64,000 bases of DNA from Alphaproteobacteria bacterium (GCA_024279115.1 JAJRRW010000008.1:29-64028); one strand, 5' to 3'; shown: positions 1 through 10,715, counted from the first letter of the stretch. The notes: generated from the letters alone by a model not told the origin. A program made the numbers and translations.

Positions 1-266
1 GGCCGGTGTTTAGTGCCGCGATCATTCGGCTGCTTGGAATGCCGTTTTTTATGGTGACATCTTGTCTGGCGCTTGGGGTCAGCGGAGAGCCACTGATCAT
101 CGCCGTCATCTGCGCCGCCGTGCCCACCGCCGCTTCTGGTTATATATTGGCCAAGCAAATGGGAGGGGATGCAGACCTGATGGCTTCCATCATCACCTTT
201 CAGGTCATCGCCGCCACCATAACCCTTCCTCTCGTGCTGTCTTATGCCCAAAGCGCGGCTGGCTAA
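1..266 (+). CDS. AEC (auxin efflux carrier) family permease, C-terminal fragment (5' end outside window)
   Basis: The frame is open from the window edge. The hydrophobic C-terminal helices (...AAVPTAASGYILAKQMGGD...ITLPLVLSY) are typical of AEC/MdcF-type permeases. Stop TAA at 264-266. Confidence 0.55.
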   Translation, partial: PVFSAAIIRLLGMPFFMVTSCLALGVSGEPLIIAVICAAVPTAASGYILAKQMGGDADLMASIITFQVIAATITLPLVLSYAQSAAG

Positions 267-356
267 TGAAGAGGCCAAAATAGACGGGGAAAAATTAACG
301 CTCGCGCACACCAGCTATTGCCGTTTGAACAATATCGCCATATAGATCAGATTTTA

Positions 357-1328
357 ATGACCATTAAAAAAAACCATCAAGCCTTTCGCCTCTCCAAGCC
401 TCATCTTTTGTCCATAGAAGATTTGAGCCGCGAGGATATTATGGGCCTTCTGGATCTGGCGGAATCAATCGCCAATCTGGATCCCCATAAAGGCGCCAAA
501 AAAGACGTTCTGAAAGGGTTGACCCAAATCAACCTGTTTTTTGAATCCTCCACCCGCACCCAAAGCAGTTTCGAACTGGCTGGCAAAAGCCTTGGTGCCA
601 ATGTCATGAACATGGCGGTGAAGTCCTCGTCCATCAGCAAAGGCGAAACGCTGATAGATACGACCATGACCCTCAATGCCATGCGCCCTGATGTGCTGGT
701 TGTCCGCCATTTTGCCGCCGGTGCCGTCGAGCTGCTGGCCCAGAAAGTCTCTTGCAGTGTTATCAATGCAGGGGATGGCAGCCATCAACATCCAACGCAG
801 GCGCTTCTGGATGCCCTGACCATCAAGCGCGCCAAAGGCCGCGTCGAGGCCCTGACCGTTGCGATTTGCGGCGACATTTTACATTCGCGTGTGGCAAGAT
901 CAAATATCCAGCTATTGAGCGCCTTGAATGCCCGTGTGCGCATCATCGCCCCTTCAACGCTGCTGCCTCCCTTCCCTGAACGCCTTGGGGCCGAAGTCTT
1001 TACCAGCATGGAAGAAGGCCTCAAAGGGGCTGATGTGGTGATGATGCTACGGCTGCAACGTGAGCGCATGAATGGCAGCCACGTGCCCTCCGAACGCGAA
1101 TATTTTAAATTTTTTGGCCTCGACACCGAAAAGCTGGCCTTTGCCAAGCCCGACGCCATCATCATGCATCCCGGCCCCATGAACCGCGGCGTGGAAATTG
1201 ATTCGAGCATCGCCGATGATCCCCGCAGTGTCATACAAGAACAGGTGCAAATGGGTGTGGCGGTGCGCATGGCCGTACTCGAATCGCTCTCCAGACGAAT
1301 GCACGAACTACAGCAGGGCACGCTATAA
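357..1328 (+). CDS. pyrB: aspartate carbamoyltransferase catalytic subunit
   Basis: ATCase motifs [31 protein letters not shown] and [11 protein letters not shown] are present. The ORF track opens at TTG 318; ATG 357 (MTIKK...) gives the usual N-terminal length. Confidence 0.9.
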   Translation: MTIKKNHQAFRLSKPHLLSIEDLSREDIMGLLDLAESIANLDPHKGAKKDVLKGLTQINLFFESSTRTQSSFELAGKSLGANVMNMAVKSSSISKGETLIDTTMTLNAMRPDVLVVRHFAAGAVELLAQKVSCSVINAGDGSHQHPTQALLDALTIKRAKGRVEALTVAICGDILHSRVARSNIQLLSALNARVRIIAPSTLLPPFPERLGAEVFTSMEEGLKGADVVMMLRLQRERMNGSHVPSEREYFKFFGLDTEKLAFAKPDAIIMHPGPMNRGVEIDSSIADDPRSVIQEQVQMGVAVRMAVLESLSRRMHELQQGTL

Positions 1329-2629
1329 TGGCCAATCAGGACACCAATGCAATTGCACTGATCAACGCACAACTTCTCGATCCCATGAGTGATGGATTAT
1401 CGCCTGGCGGCCTCCTCATCCGCGATGGCTTGATTGAGCAGATTTCGGGCGATTTGCGGCGCAATGCCCCAAAGGGGGCAACGGTCATCGACTGTGGCGG
1501 TCAGATTCTGGCTCCCGGGCTGGTTGATATGCTGGTTTATACCGGCGTGCCGGGAAAAGAACATCGAGAAACACTGGCAACGGCCTCACAGGCGGCCCTT
1601 GCGGGCGGTGTCACCAGCATGGTGTGCATGCCAAACACGGAACCGGTGATTGACGATGTGGCCCTTGTCGACTATATCAAACGCCATGCCACTGACCCCG
1701 GCTATATCCATATCTATCCCATGGCCGCCATCACCAAAGGACTGCGCGGCAAGGAGATGACTGAAATCGGCTTGCTGAAACAGGCCGGAGCGATCGCCTT
1801 CACGAATGGCAAGGACAGTATTCCCAACGCTAAAATGATGCGGATGGTGCTCTCCTATGCCAAAGATTTCGATGCCCTTATTGTGCACTTCACGGAAGAC
1901 AAAGATCTTGCCGACCCCGGCGTCATGAATGAAGGGCTGGTTTCCAGCCGCCTTGGACTGGCGGGGCGTCCCATTGAAGCCGAAGTGATTACCCTTGAAC
2001 GCGATGTCAGGCTTGTTGAAATGACGGGGTGCCGCTATCACGCCGCGCAGATTTCAGGCGCGGCCTCCCTTGACATCATCCGCAAGGCGAAAGCCCGGGG
2101 GCTGTCCATCTCTTGCGGCGTATCTGTCAATCATTTGACCCTCAATGAAAACGATATCGGCTCTTATCGCACCTTTTTCAAAATGCGGCCCCCGCTTCGC
2201 ACCGAGGATGATCGCATGGCGCTGGTGGCTGGCGTAAAGGATGGTACAATTGATGTGGTGGTCTCGGCCCATGATCCCAAGGACGCCGACGTCAAGCGCC
2301 GCCCCTTTGAACAGGCATCTGATGGCGCCATTGGTCTTGAGACCATGTTGCCTGCTCTTTTGCGCCTGGTTCATAGCCGCGATCTGACCTTGAACGACAT
2401 TTTCCGGGTGGTGTCATATAATCCAGCCCGTACCCTTGGATTGCAGACCGGCCAGTTGAAAGCCGGCTATCCCGCTGATCTCATTCTGTTTGATCCCACA
2501 ACTCCGTGGATCGTCGACCCCTCGCTATTGCGCTCGAAATCAAAGAACACACCGTTCGATAATGAACGCATGCAAGGACGGGTGCTGCGGACTTTTGTTG
2601 CAGGCCGTGAACTCTACCGCTATTCTTGA
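1328..2629 (+). CDS. pyrC: dihydroorotase-like protein, probably the non-catalytic PyrC' partner of ATCase
   Basis: 433-aa amidohydrolase-fold DHOase homolog. Its ATG overlaps the pyrB TAA (TAATG). The expected D-x-H-x-H metal site reads DMLVYTG and the H-x-x-H region reads YHAAQIS. Confidence 0.8.
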   Translation: MANQDTNAIALINAQLLDPMSDGLSPGGLLIRDGLIEQISGDLRRNAPKGATVIDCGGQILAPGLVDMLVYTGVPGKEHRETLATASQAALAGGVTSMVCMPNTEPVIDDVALVDYIKRHATDPGYIHIYPMAAITKGLRGKEMTEIGLLKQAGAIAFTNGKDSIPNAKMMRMVLSYAKDFDALIVHFTEDKDLADPGVMNEGLVSSRLGLAGRPIEAEVITLERDVRLVEMTGCRYHAAQISGAASLDIIRKAKARGLSISCGVSVNHLTLNENDIGSYRTFFKMRPPLRTEDDRMALVAGVKDGTIDVVVSAHDPKDADVKRRPFEQASDGAIGLETMLPALLRLVHSRDLTLNDIFRVVSYNPARTLGLQTGQLKAGYPADLILFDPTTPWIVDPSLLRSKSKNTPFDNERMQGRVLRTFVAGRELYRYS

Positions 2630-2677
2630 TGTTCGTCGGCCCTGATTGTCACGCCCTAACAAGAAAGCCCCCCCCCT

Positions 2678-3280
2678 ATGAGCATGGACCTCGCCTCAAA
2701 TATGTCAATTCTGGGTTTCTTGTTGGGATATCTTGCCGGGTCCATCCCCTTTGGACTGCTTTTGACCAAAGCCTTTGGATTTGGGGATATTCGCCAAACC
2801 GGTTCAGGCAATATTGGCGCCACTAATGTCTTGCGTACTGGCAATAAAGGGCTTGCTGCCGCAACCTTGCTGGCCGATATGGCAAAGGGCGCACTGCCGG
2901 TAATGGTCGCTTCAAAATATGGCCCCGAGACTGCTTTGCTCGCGGGGTTCGGCGCGTTTATCGGACATCTTTTCCCGATCTGGCTTAAATTCAAGGGCGG
3001 CAAGGGGGTCGCTACTTATATTGGCGTGCTGATTGGACTGTACTGGCCGTTTGCCTTGTTTTTTTGCGGGGTCTGGCTGGTGGCGACACTGCTCTTCAAG
3101 ATCTCGTCCCTGTCTGCCTTGATCGCCGCGGCCCTCATGCCATTAATTGCCGCCACAACCGGGCAAAAAACCCTGGTCTTTGTCATCATGATGATGAGTT
3201 TTCTGGTGTTCATCAAACACAAAGACAATATCAAACGATTGCGACGGGGCGAAGAAGCTAAAATCGGCGGCAATGAATAA
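2678..3280 (+). CDS. plsY: glycerol-3-phosphate acyltransferase PlsY
   Basis: 200-aa polytopic membrane protein with the GSGNIGATNVLRTG and KGGKGVAT motifs. Confidence 0.9.
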   Translation: MSMDLASNMSILGFLLGYLAGSIPFGLLLTKAFGFGDIRQTGSGNIGATNVLRTGNKGLAAATLLADMAKGALPVMVASKYGPETALLAGFGAFIGHLFPIWLKFKGGKGVATYIGVLIGLYWPFALFFCGVWLVATLLFKISSLSALIAAALMPLIAATTGQKTLVFVIMMMSFLVFIKHKDNIKRLRRGEEAKIGGNE

Positions 3281-4439
3281 ATCCATGCCCTTCGCCCCAG
3301 CAGACCCGCCAACACCCCTCAAATTGAGCGACGAGCAAAAGCTGAACTGGCTCCGCTTGATCCGGACACAAAATGTGGGACCGGCTACTTTTTGGCGCAT
3401 GATCAATTATTTTGGTGGCGCTGAACAAGCAATTGAACATCTGCCAGAATTTGCGCGCCGTTCCAGTAAACGCCAATCTCAACAGCCGCCCATCACCATA
3501 CAAATGGTTGAACGCGAACAAAACGCGGCCCGTAAATTTGGCGCCACGCTGGTAGCCAGAGGCGAACATGGCTATCCCCCCGCCCTTGCTTTTCTCGACG
3601 CGCCGCCGCCGCTACTTTATATCAAGGGAAATGCCGATCTCACCACCTTGCCAGCCGTGGCCATTGTCGGCTCCAGAAACGGCTCGGCAGTTGGCCAACA
3701 ATTTACGCGCACCCTCGTGCAAGAACTGGCGCAAGCTGGATATGTGATCGTTTCAGGCCTGGCGCGCGGCATTGATACCGCCGCCCACAAAGGCGCGCTG
3801 GATCAAGCAACCATGGCCGTTATCGCTGGCGGTATCGATAATTATTACCCCCCGCGCAACAAAGAATTACAATGTCAAATCGAGAAAACCGGCCTTGTCA
3901 TCACAGAAAACCCTCCAGGCTTTGAGCCCCGGGCCCGCGACTTCCCGCGCCGCAACCGTATTATTTCCGGCTGCACCCTTGGAACCATTGTTGTCGAGGC
4001 CAATCTGCGCTCGGGATCCTTGATCACGGCCCGCCTGGCCAGTGAACAAGGTCGAGAAGTGATGGCGGTCCCTGGTCACCCAACGGACCCAAGAGCCGCT
4101 GGCCCCAACCGCTTGATCATGCAAGGAGCCTCCATGATCACCTGCGCCAGCGATGTCCTCGACAATCTGCAAGCCATGTCGGATATCAAGCGCTATGAAC
4201 AATCTTCCTTGTTCGAACCAGACGCGGCTCAGCACCCCATTGATATGTATGATATTGAGCCAAACGCCCGCGAAGCCGTTCTTGGTGCCTTGAGCACACA
4301 GGCAGTTGAAATAGATGAAATAATCAGAGCAACCGGTCTGCCCTCACGAGAGGTGCGGGTTGTGTTGCTGGAGCTGGAACTTGGCGGATGCCTCGAACAT
4401 GATGGCGCACAAAATATCCGACTATTGGCCCCGCTCTAG
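3273..4439 (+). CDS. dprA: DNA-processing protein DprA
   Basis: Rossmann-like DprA core (VAIVGSRNGS...VSGLARGIDTAAHKGAL...PGFEPRARDFPRRNRIISG). Overlaps the plsY stop by 8 nt. Stop is TAG. Confidence 0.9.
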   Translation: MNKSMPFAPADPPTPLKLSDEQKLNWLRLIRTQNVGPATFWRMINYFGGAEQAIEHLPEFARRSSKRQSQQPPITIQMVEREQNAARKFGATLVARGEHGYPPALAFLDAPPPLLYIKGNADLTTLPAVAIVGSRNGSAVGQQFTRTLVQELAQAGYVIVSGLARGIDTAAHKGALDQATMAVIAGGIDNYYPPRNKELQCQIEKTGLVITENPPGFEPRARDFPRRNRIISGCTLGTIVVEANLRSGSLITARLASEQGREVMAVPGHPTDPRAAGPNRLIMQGASMITCASDVLDNLQAMSDIKRYEQSSLFEPDAAQHPIDMYDIEPNAREAVLGALSTQAVEIDEIIRATGLPSREVRVVLLELELGGCLEHDGAQNIRLLAPL

Positions 4440-4721
4440 TGGCTTGCCTCTGTTAAATTGTCGGATTGGTGGCACCCTGATGAGAACAATAGCACTCCCC
4501 GGACAAGCGCAGCTGCGTTAGCGGTGAAGTGGCGATCCGGGCCAGGGGCGGAAAGGGGCAAAAAAAACGATGGGTTGTGCTTTATTGCTACTGGGCCTTG
4601 GAGCAAGCACGGGGAGCGGGTTTGTTACAATGCGGCTCCATCAAAGCCCGACACTTTAGGTGAGGCAGACCACCAGTACCACTCCAAAATCTGAAAAATA
4701 TTACGACCGCATTGCCTCGAT

Positions 4722-4949
4722 CTACTCTGGCGCTTTGCTCGACTCGATCGCTTCGGCTCTTGCCATCGCCAGCAAATAGACCAATACGGACTGGTCTTCT
4801 TTGGCCGCTATCTGCATGAGCCGGTCCAACATATCAACAATAAATACATTGGCATCTTCCCCCTGTGCTGCCAGCTCCTTGCCATCAACACCGTTTGGTC
4901 CGTGATCTCTCAACGAAATGATGTTTGTTATCGATTTGTTTCGTCCCAT
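4722..4949 (-). CDS. hypothetical small protein (75 aa)
   Basis: ATG is preceded by AGGGG 6 nt upstream. No family recognised. Lies in an unusually long dprA-topA spacer. Confidence 0.35.
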   Translation of the reverse strand: MGRNKSITNIISLRDHGPNGVDGKELAAQGEDANVFIVDMLDRLMQIAAKEDQSVLVYLLAMARAEAIESSKAPE

Positions 4950-5334
4950 GAAGTACCCCTGTTACTGGCAATCTTTGTGAGAACCACATCTTCGACCCAT
5001 TTTATCAACATAGGTTTCTTTTGTAGCATTTTACTATATACCGTCGTGATATGGTCGCTAACGCCCATTGCAATTGTTAATTGCATCTGATCGTCGATGC
5101 AACCTATAATTGCGAATTTTGTGCTATAAAATTATACCCATTGGTTTTTGGGAATTGACACATCGACAGTGATTGAGCATTTTCATACAGCGATCAACAT
5201 GCAAAATGGTGGCTGGATCTAGACATCAGCAAGCTATCGAGGGTCTGGTACATTCTCTTCAAAAATGAACGGCACAGATCAACACGAAACCCATTTGCAC
5301 CTATTGAAACAGTCAGAGCGAGAAACGGATACCG

Positions 5335-7997
5335 ATGAATATTGTTATTGTGGAATCGGCGGCAAAGGCCAAAACCATCAACAAGTATCTTGGCTCGGAC
5401 TATAAAGTCATCGCCTCTATTGGTCATGTTCGGGATCTGCCCTCACAAAATGGATCCGTGGAACCCGACAATGATTTCACCATGCATTGGGAATCAGACA
5501 CGCGCGGCGCCAAGACTCTAAAAGAAATTACCGCAGCGGTCAAAGGCTCGGATAAACTCATCCTCGCCACTGACCCTGATCGTGAAGGCGAAGCCATCTC
5601 TTGGCACATCTTGCAGGTGCTTGAAAAAAGGCGGGCGCTCAAGGGCGTGGAAGTGGAACGCGTGGCCTTTAATGCCGTCACAAAAAGCGCCATTCTGGAA
5701 GCTCTTGCCAATCCGCGTGAGCTTGATACGCCTTTGGTCGATGCCTATCTGGCACGACGGGCTCTTGACTATCTCGTGGGCTTTACGCTGTCGCCGGTTT
5801 TATGGCGCAAACTTCCTGGTTCTCGTTCCGCTGGCCGTGTCCAATCTGTCGCGCTACGTCTTGTTTGTGAGCGCGAATCCGAAATAGAGCTGTTCAAACC
5901 GCGCGAATACTGGACCATTGAAGCGCTGATGAACAATGAGGCTGGCGACAAGTTCACCTCCAGACTGGTCTCCATTGAGGGCAAAAAGCTCGGCAAATTT
6001 GATCTCCCCGATGAGGCCACCGCCCTGCCTGCTCAAAAGACATTGCAAACCGCTTCTTTTCAAGTCCGCTCTGTCGTCAAGAAACCACAAAAGCGCCGCC
6101 CGCCGCCGCCATTTGCCACCTCAACCTTACAAATGGACGCCTCGCGCCGCTTTGGCTTTTCCGCCTCAAGAACAATGCAGGTTGCGCAAAAACTCTATGA
6201 GGGTGTGTCGATAGGCTCGGAAACCGTTGGCCTCATCACCTATATGAGAACGGACGCGATTTCCATTGTCCCTGAAGCCATTCAATCCGCCCGCACAGTG
6301 ATCGCCGATCGTTATGGCAAAAATTATCACCCCGACGAACCACGCTCTTACAAGACCAAGGCCAAGAATGCCCAAGAGGCGCATGAAGCTGTACGTCCCA
6401 CTGACTTTGCCCGCCACCCCGACGATATTGCCAAATATCTCGATGCTGATCAGATCAAATTGTACGGGCTGGTCTGGCGACGAACTGTTGCTTCACAGAT
6501 GAGCGATGCGGTTTTTGATCGCACCACCGTCGAGATCGAGGCCACTGGCAAAGGCAAGGAACAATACGGTCTGCGTGCCACCGGTCAGGTGCTTCGTTTT
6601 GATGGCTTTTTGACATTATATCGTGAAGGGCGCGAGGATGATGACAAGAGCGATAATGATGACGACAAGCGTCTGCCACTGATCACCGAACAAGAAAAAC
6701 CCACCGCCCATACGGTCAATGCCGATCAGCATTTCACGGAACCGCTACCCCGTTATTCCGAGGCCACGCTGGTCAAAAAAATGGAAGAGCTGGGCATTGG
6801 TCGCCCGTCCACATACGCCTCAACGCTGAGTGTTTTGCAAAGCCGCGAATATGTGCGCATCGATAAAAAGAAACTCATTCCCGAAGACAAGGGGCGTCTG
6901 GTTACAGCCTTTCTGGAAAGCTTTTTCGAGCGCTATGTGGAATATGATTTCACCGCCGGTCTGGAAGAAAAGCTCGACATTATTTCGGCGGGCAAACTGT
7001 CGTGGAAACAGGTACTCAACGAATTTTGGTCCGAATTCATCGCCAAGGTCAACGAGATTAAAGACCTGCGCGTCACAGAAGTGCTTGATGCCCTCAATGA
7101 GATGCTCGGTCCCCATGTCTGTCCAGATGCCGGCGATGGCTCGGACCCGCGCAAAGGCCCCAAATGCGAAGATGGTCGTATCTCTTTGAAAGTCGGTCGC
7201 TTTGGCGCTTTTATCGGCTGTTCGAATTATCCCGATTGCCGCTTTACGCGACAGTTTTCCGAGAGCAATGAAGAAGCTGGCGAAAATAGCGCCAATGAAG
7301 ACCGTGTACTGGGGGCCGATCCTGAAACGGGTCTTGATGTGTATTTCAAGACCGGCCGCTTTGGACCCTATGTGCAACTGGGCGAACCAGATGACTATGA
7401 CAAAAAGAAAAAAGAGAAGCCAAAACGCATGTCCATCCCCAAGGGCATGGACCCAGCCGACATAGATTTCGAAAAAGCCCTTGAGCTTTTGTCCCTGCCA
7501 AGAGAGATCGGCAAGCATCCAGAAACCGGCGAAGCCATCACAGCAAGCATTGGTCGATACGGCCCCTATGTCGCTCATCAAGGCACCTATGCCAATCTTG
7601 AAAACCCGGCAGAAGTGTTCACCGTTGGCATCAACCGGGCGGTGACCGTACTTGCCGAAAAGAAAACCAAACAAAAACGCGGCTCAACCGTGCTCAAGGA
7701 ACTGGGCGAACATCCAGAGGAAAAGGCGTCGTACAGGTGCTTGATGGCCGCTATGGCCCCTATGTCAAACATGGACGCATTAACGCAACTTTACCAAAAA
7801 CCCTTGATCCCCAAGATGTTACCATGGAAGATGCGGTCAAGCTGATCGCGGAACGGGCTGCCAAATCCGGCAAAACGAAACCCGCCCGTAAGAAAGCTGC
7901 TCCCAAAAAGAAGGCCGCCGCCAAGAAAAAACCGGCAGCTAAAAAGAAACCACCGGCTAAAAAGAAAAAAGCCGCACCGGCCAAGCTGGCCGAGTAG
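5335..7997 (+). pseudogene. topA: DNA topoisomerase I; reading frame interrupted by a 1-nt deficit in an A4 run at 7721-7724
   Basis: TOPRIM and core domains are intact from 5335 (MNIVIVESAAKAKTINKYLG...). After ...ELGEHPEE the frame drifts into non-TopA sequence. The -1 frame from 7722 reads KGVVQVLDGRYGPYVKHGRINATLP... plus a Lys/Ala/Pro tail to stop 7997. 5335-7997 is 2663 nt, one short of a multiple of 3. Confidence 0.9.
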
Positions 7998-8006
7998 GAA
8001 CCCGCC

Positions 8007-10367
8007 TTGGCCGACAAAAACCGACGAAAAAAGACCGCACAAAAGCGCAAACAAAAAACCGGCTCCCCAAAGCCCGCACCCCAGGTGAGGCCGCTGCCCG
8101 AGAAATCCCAGATCCTTGAATTCATCAAGGCTTCGTCTCACAAAACGGGCAAGCGCGAGATCGGCAAAGCCTTTGGCATCAAAGGGGCGCAAAGGGTTCC
8201 TTTCAAACAGCTATTGCGTGAAATGGCTGACGAAGGGCTGATCTCCAGCCCTCGCAAGAAAATATCGAGACCTGGCGAACTCCCCTCCGTCACGGTTCTT
8301 GCCATCACTCATCTTGATGATGAAGGCGATCTCATTGCCCGCCCCGAAAAATGGTCCGATGACAGCAAACCTCCTCTGGTGCTGATTGAATTTGAAAGCC
8401 AGCGCAACAGCCGCGAAAGCGCTGGCGTTGGCGATCGTATCCTGGCGCGTATTAGTAAATTGCCCGATGCGCCTGAAGGGATGCCCTCCCACCAGGCCCG
8501 CATTATCAAAAAACTGCCAAAAGAAGACCGCGAACTGCTGGGTATTTTCCGACGCCTTGAAGATGGCAGCGGCCAGATCGACCCTGTGGATCGCAAAATA
8601 TTGCGCGAATGGTCAGTGCAGGCCAAGGACTGTCTCGACGTGAAAGAAGGCGAACTTGTGCGCTTTTTGCCCGCAAAAGCTGGTCGACACGGCCCCTCGT
8701 TTGCCACCATCAAGGCCCAGCTTGGCAATCCAGATAATCAAAATGCCGTCAGCCTGATTGCTATTCATCGCCACGGTATCCCGGATCAGTTTCCCAAGGA
8801 GGTGCTGGATGAACTCGGCACGTTACCAGTCCTTGGCGAAGACAATCGTGAAGATCTGCGCGACACACCGCTCATAACCATTGATCCATCAGACGCCCGC
8901 GACCATGATGATGCTGTCTACGCCTTTGACGATGACGACGCCGCAAATAAAGGCGGGTTTATCGTCATTGTGGCGATTGCTGATGTCTCTTATTACGTCG
9001 ATACGGGATCAAAGCTTGATATCGAAGCATTAAAACGCGGTAATTCAGTATATTTTCCCGACCGCGTTGTGCCCATGCTGCCGGAAAAAATCTCCAATGA
9101 TCTTTGTTCGCTACGAGAACATGAGGAGCGTCCCTGCCTTGCTGTCAAAATGCGTTTTGACAAGCACGGCGAAAAAATTGACCACACATTTATGCGGGCC
9201 ATTATGCGCTCGCACGCAAAGCTCTCATATGAGCAGGCACAAATGGCCATTGATGGCCATGGCGATGACACATCCGCGCCCTTGCTGGAACCCGTTCTCA
9301 AGCCCCTGTGGAGCGCCTGGAGAGGTTTGTTAAAGGCCCGCGCCAGACGCCATCCTCTCGAGCTGGAATTACCCGAGCGCAAAATCATCATGGATGAGGG
9401 CGGGCGTATCAAGGATATTCTCACCCCCGAGCGCCTCGATGCCCACAAGGTCATTGAAGAATTCATGATCCAGGCCAATGTCTGCGCCGCGCAAAGTCTG
9501 GATAATGCGAAATCTCCGGTGATTTACCGCATACATCCGGCCCCCTCTTTTGAAAAAATGCAATCGCTTGCCGATTTCTTGCAGACCCTGAAAATCAAGT
9601 TCGCGCGCAATGCACAAATCAAGGCCAGGCAGCTCAATGACATCCTGGCGAAAGTCGAGGGCGGAGATTTGAGCGATCTGGTCAATGAAACCATTTTGCG
9701 TTCCCAGTCGCAGGCCATCTACAGCACCAAAAACGAGGGGCATTTTGGCCTCAACCTAAGTCAATACGCGCATTTCACGTCCCCCATCCGCCGCTATGCA
9801 GACCTGATCGTGCATCGCGCCTTGATCCATGCGCTGGGCTTTGGCACCGATGGACTAAAACAGCGGCAAGTCGAGCGGCTGTCAAATATCGCCTCCGATA
9901 TATCTGATCTGGAGCGCCGCGCCATGGCAGCCGAGCGTGAGACCACAGACCGCCTCATCGCCTATCACCTGGCCGACAATATTGGCGCCACCTTTCAAGG
10001 GCGCATATCAGGAGTGACACGCTCTGGTCTGTTTGTGCGTCTGCAAGACACCGGAGCGGACGGCTTCATTCCCATCTCCACCATTGGCCGCGAATATTTC
10101 TATTATGATGAACAACGGCAATCGCTGATCGGGGAGCATAGCGGTGAGACTCACCAAATGGGAGCAACCGTCGCCGTGCGGCTGGTGGAGGCCGTGCCAA
10201 CCGCCGGAGCGCTTCGTTTTGAGCTGATCACCAAAGGACAGACCACAACCAACAAGGATGGCTCCCCTGCCAAGCGCTCTGGACGCGGTCGTAACAATCG
10301 TGGCTCCAATGGGGGGCGCGGCAGATCACCACACATGGGCAAGCGAAAAACCCGCAAACCGCGCTAG
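8007..10367 (+). CDS. rnr: ribonuclease R
   Basis: RNB catalytic domain (ITIDPSDARDHDDAV..., HFGLNLSQYAHFTSPIRRYADLIVHR), C-terminal S1 domain and basic Arg/Gly tail. The TTG start at 8007 is uncertain. Confidence 0.9.
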   Translation: MADKNRRKKTAQKRKQKTGSPKPAPQVRPLPEKSQILEFIKASSHKTGKREIGKAFGIKGAQRVPFKQLLREMADEGLISSPRKKISRPGELPSVTVLAITHLDDEGDLIARPEKWSDDSKPPLVLIEFESQRNSRESAGVGDRILARISKLPDAPEGMPSHQARIIKKLPKEDRELLGIFRRLEDGSGQIDPVDRKILREWSVQAKDCLDVKEGELVRFLPAKAGRHGPSFATIKAQLGNPDNQNAVSLIAIHRHGIPDQFPKEVLDELGTLPVLGEDNREDLRDTPLITIDPSDARDHDDAVYAFDDDDAANKGGFIVIVAIADVSYYVDTGSKLDIEALKRGNSVYFPDRVVPMLPEKISNDLCSLREHEERPCLAVKMRFDKHGEKIDHTFMRAIMRSHAKLSYEQAQMAIDGHGDDTSAPLLEPVLKPLWSAWRGLLKARARRHPLELELPERKIIMDEGGRIKDILTPERLDAHKVIEEFMIQANVCAAQSLDNAKSPVIYRIHPAPSFEKMQSLADFLQTLKIKFARNAQIKARQLNDILAKVEGGDLSDLVNETILRSQSQAIYSTKNEGHFGLNLSQYAHFTSPIRRYADLIVHRALIHALGFGTDGLKQRQVERLSNIASDISDLERRAMAAERETTDRLIAYHLADNIGATFQGRISGVTRSGLFVRLQDTGADGFIPISTIGREYFYYDEQRQSLIGEHSGETHQMGATVAVRLVEAVPTAGALRFELITKGQTTTNKDGSPAKRSGRGRNNRGSNGGRGRSPHMGKRKTRKPR

Positions 10368-10455
10368 CAAACGTATTTAGGGTCCAAAAACAGGCTCTTT
10401 ATACCGATTATCCCAAAAACCCGCCGATCTGCATGCCGGCTTGGCAACACTATGC

Positions 10456-10483
10456 TTGACAACCAGCCGCAAAAGGATAAATT
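10456..10483 (+). promoter_or_regulatory. candidate sigma70-type promoter of rpmG
   Basis: TTGACA (10456-10461), 16-nt spacer, TAAATT (10478-10483), about 65 nt upstream of the rpmG ATG. Confidence 0.3.
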
Positions 10484-10547
10484 CTGATCTCCAATCGCGC
10501 GCTCCCAGAACCCTGTTCGGCCGCACCTAAATTCTTGAGGAAGTAAA

Positions 10548-10715
10548 ATGGCAAAATCGGCTGTTCAAAAAATCCGTCTGGTCAGCACAGAAGGTACCGG
10601 GTATTTCTATGTTACGAAGAAAAACCCCAGAAATATCACCGAAAAGCTCGTGTTGAAAAAATACGACCCGGTCATTCGCAAACATTGCGATTTCAAAGAA
10701 GCTAAAATCAAATAG
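10548..10715 (+). CDS. rpmG: 50S ribosomal protein L33
   Basis: 55-aa ORF, below the ORF-track cutoff, translated by hand: [63 protein letters not shown] Shine-Dalgarno lies upstream. Confidence 0.9.
   Translation: MAKSAVQKIRLVSTEGTGYFYVTKKNPRNITEKLVLKKYDPVIRKHCDFKEAKIK

Noticed and set aside
4458-4694. 78-aa plus-strand ORF in the dprA-topA spacer.
   Set aside because: It has a TTG start with no Shine-Dalgarno, and its composition (Trp/Pro/Gly/Ser/Arg-rich) is not protein-like. The region is treated as possible structured RNA instead.
7860-7985. Repetitive AAG/AAA/GCC-rich DNA that looks like a tandem repeat, with 122-aa and 133-aa antisense ORFs across it.
   Set aside because: It encodes the Lys/Ala/Pro-rich basic tail of TopA in the correct (-1) frame. 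It is low-complexity coding sequence, not a non-coding repeat or CRISPR-like array.
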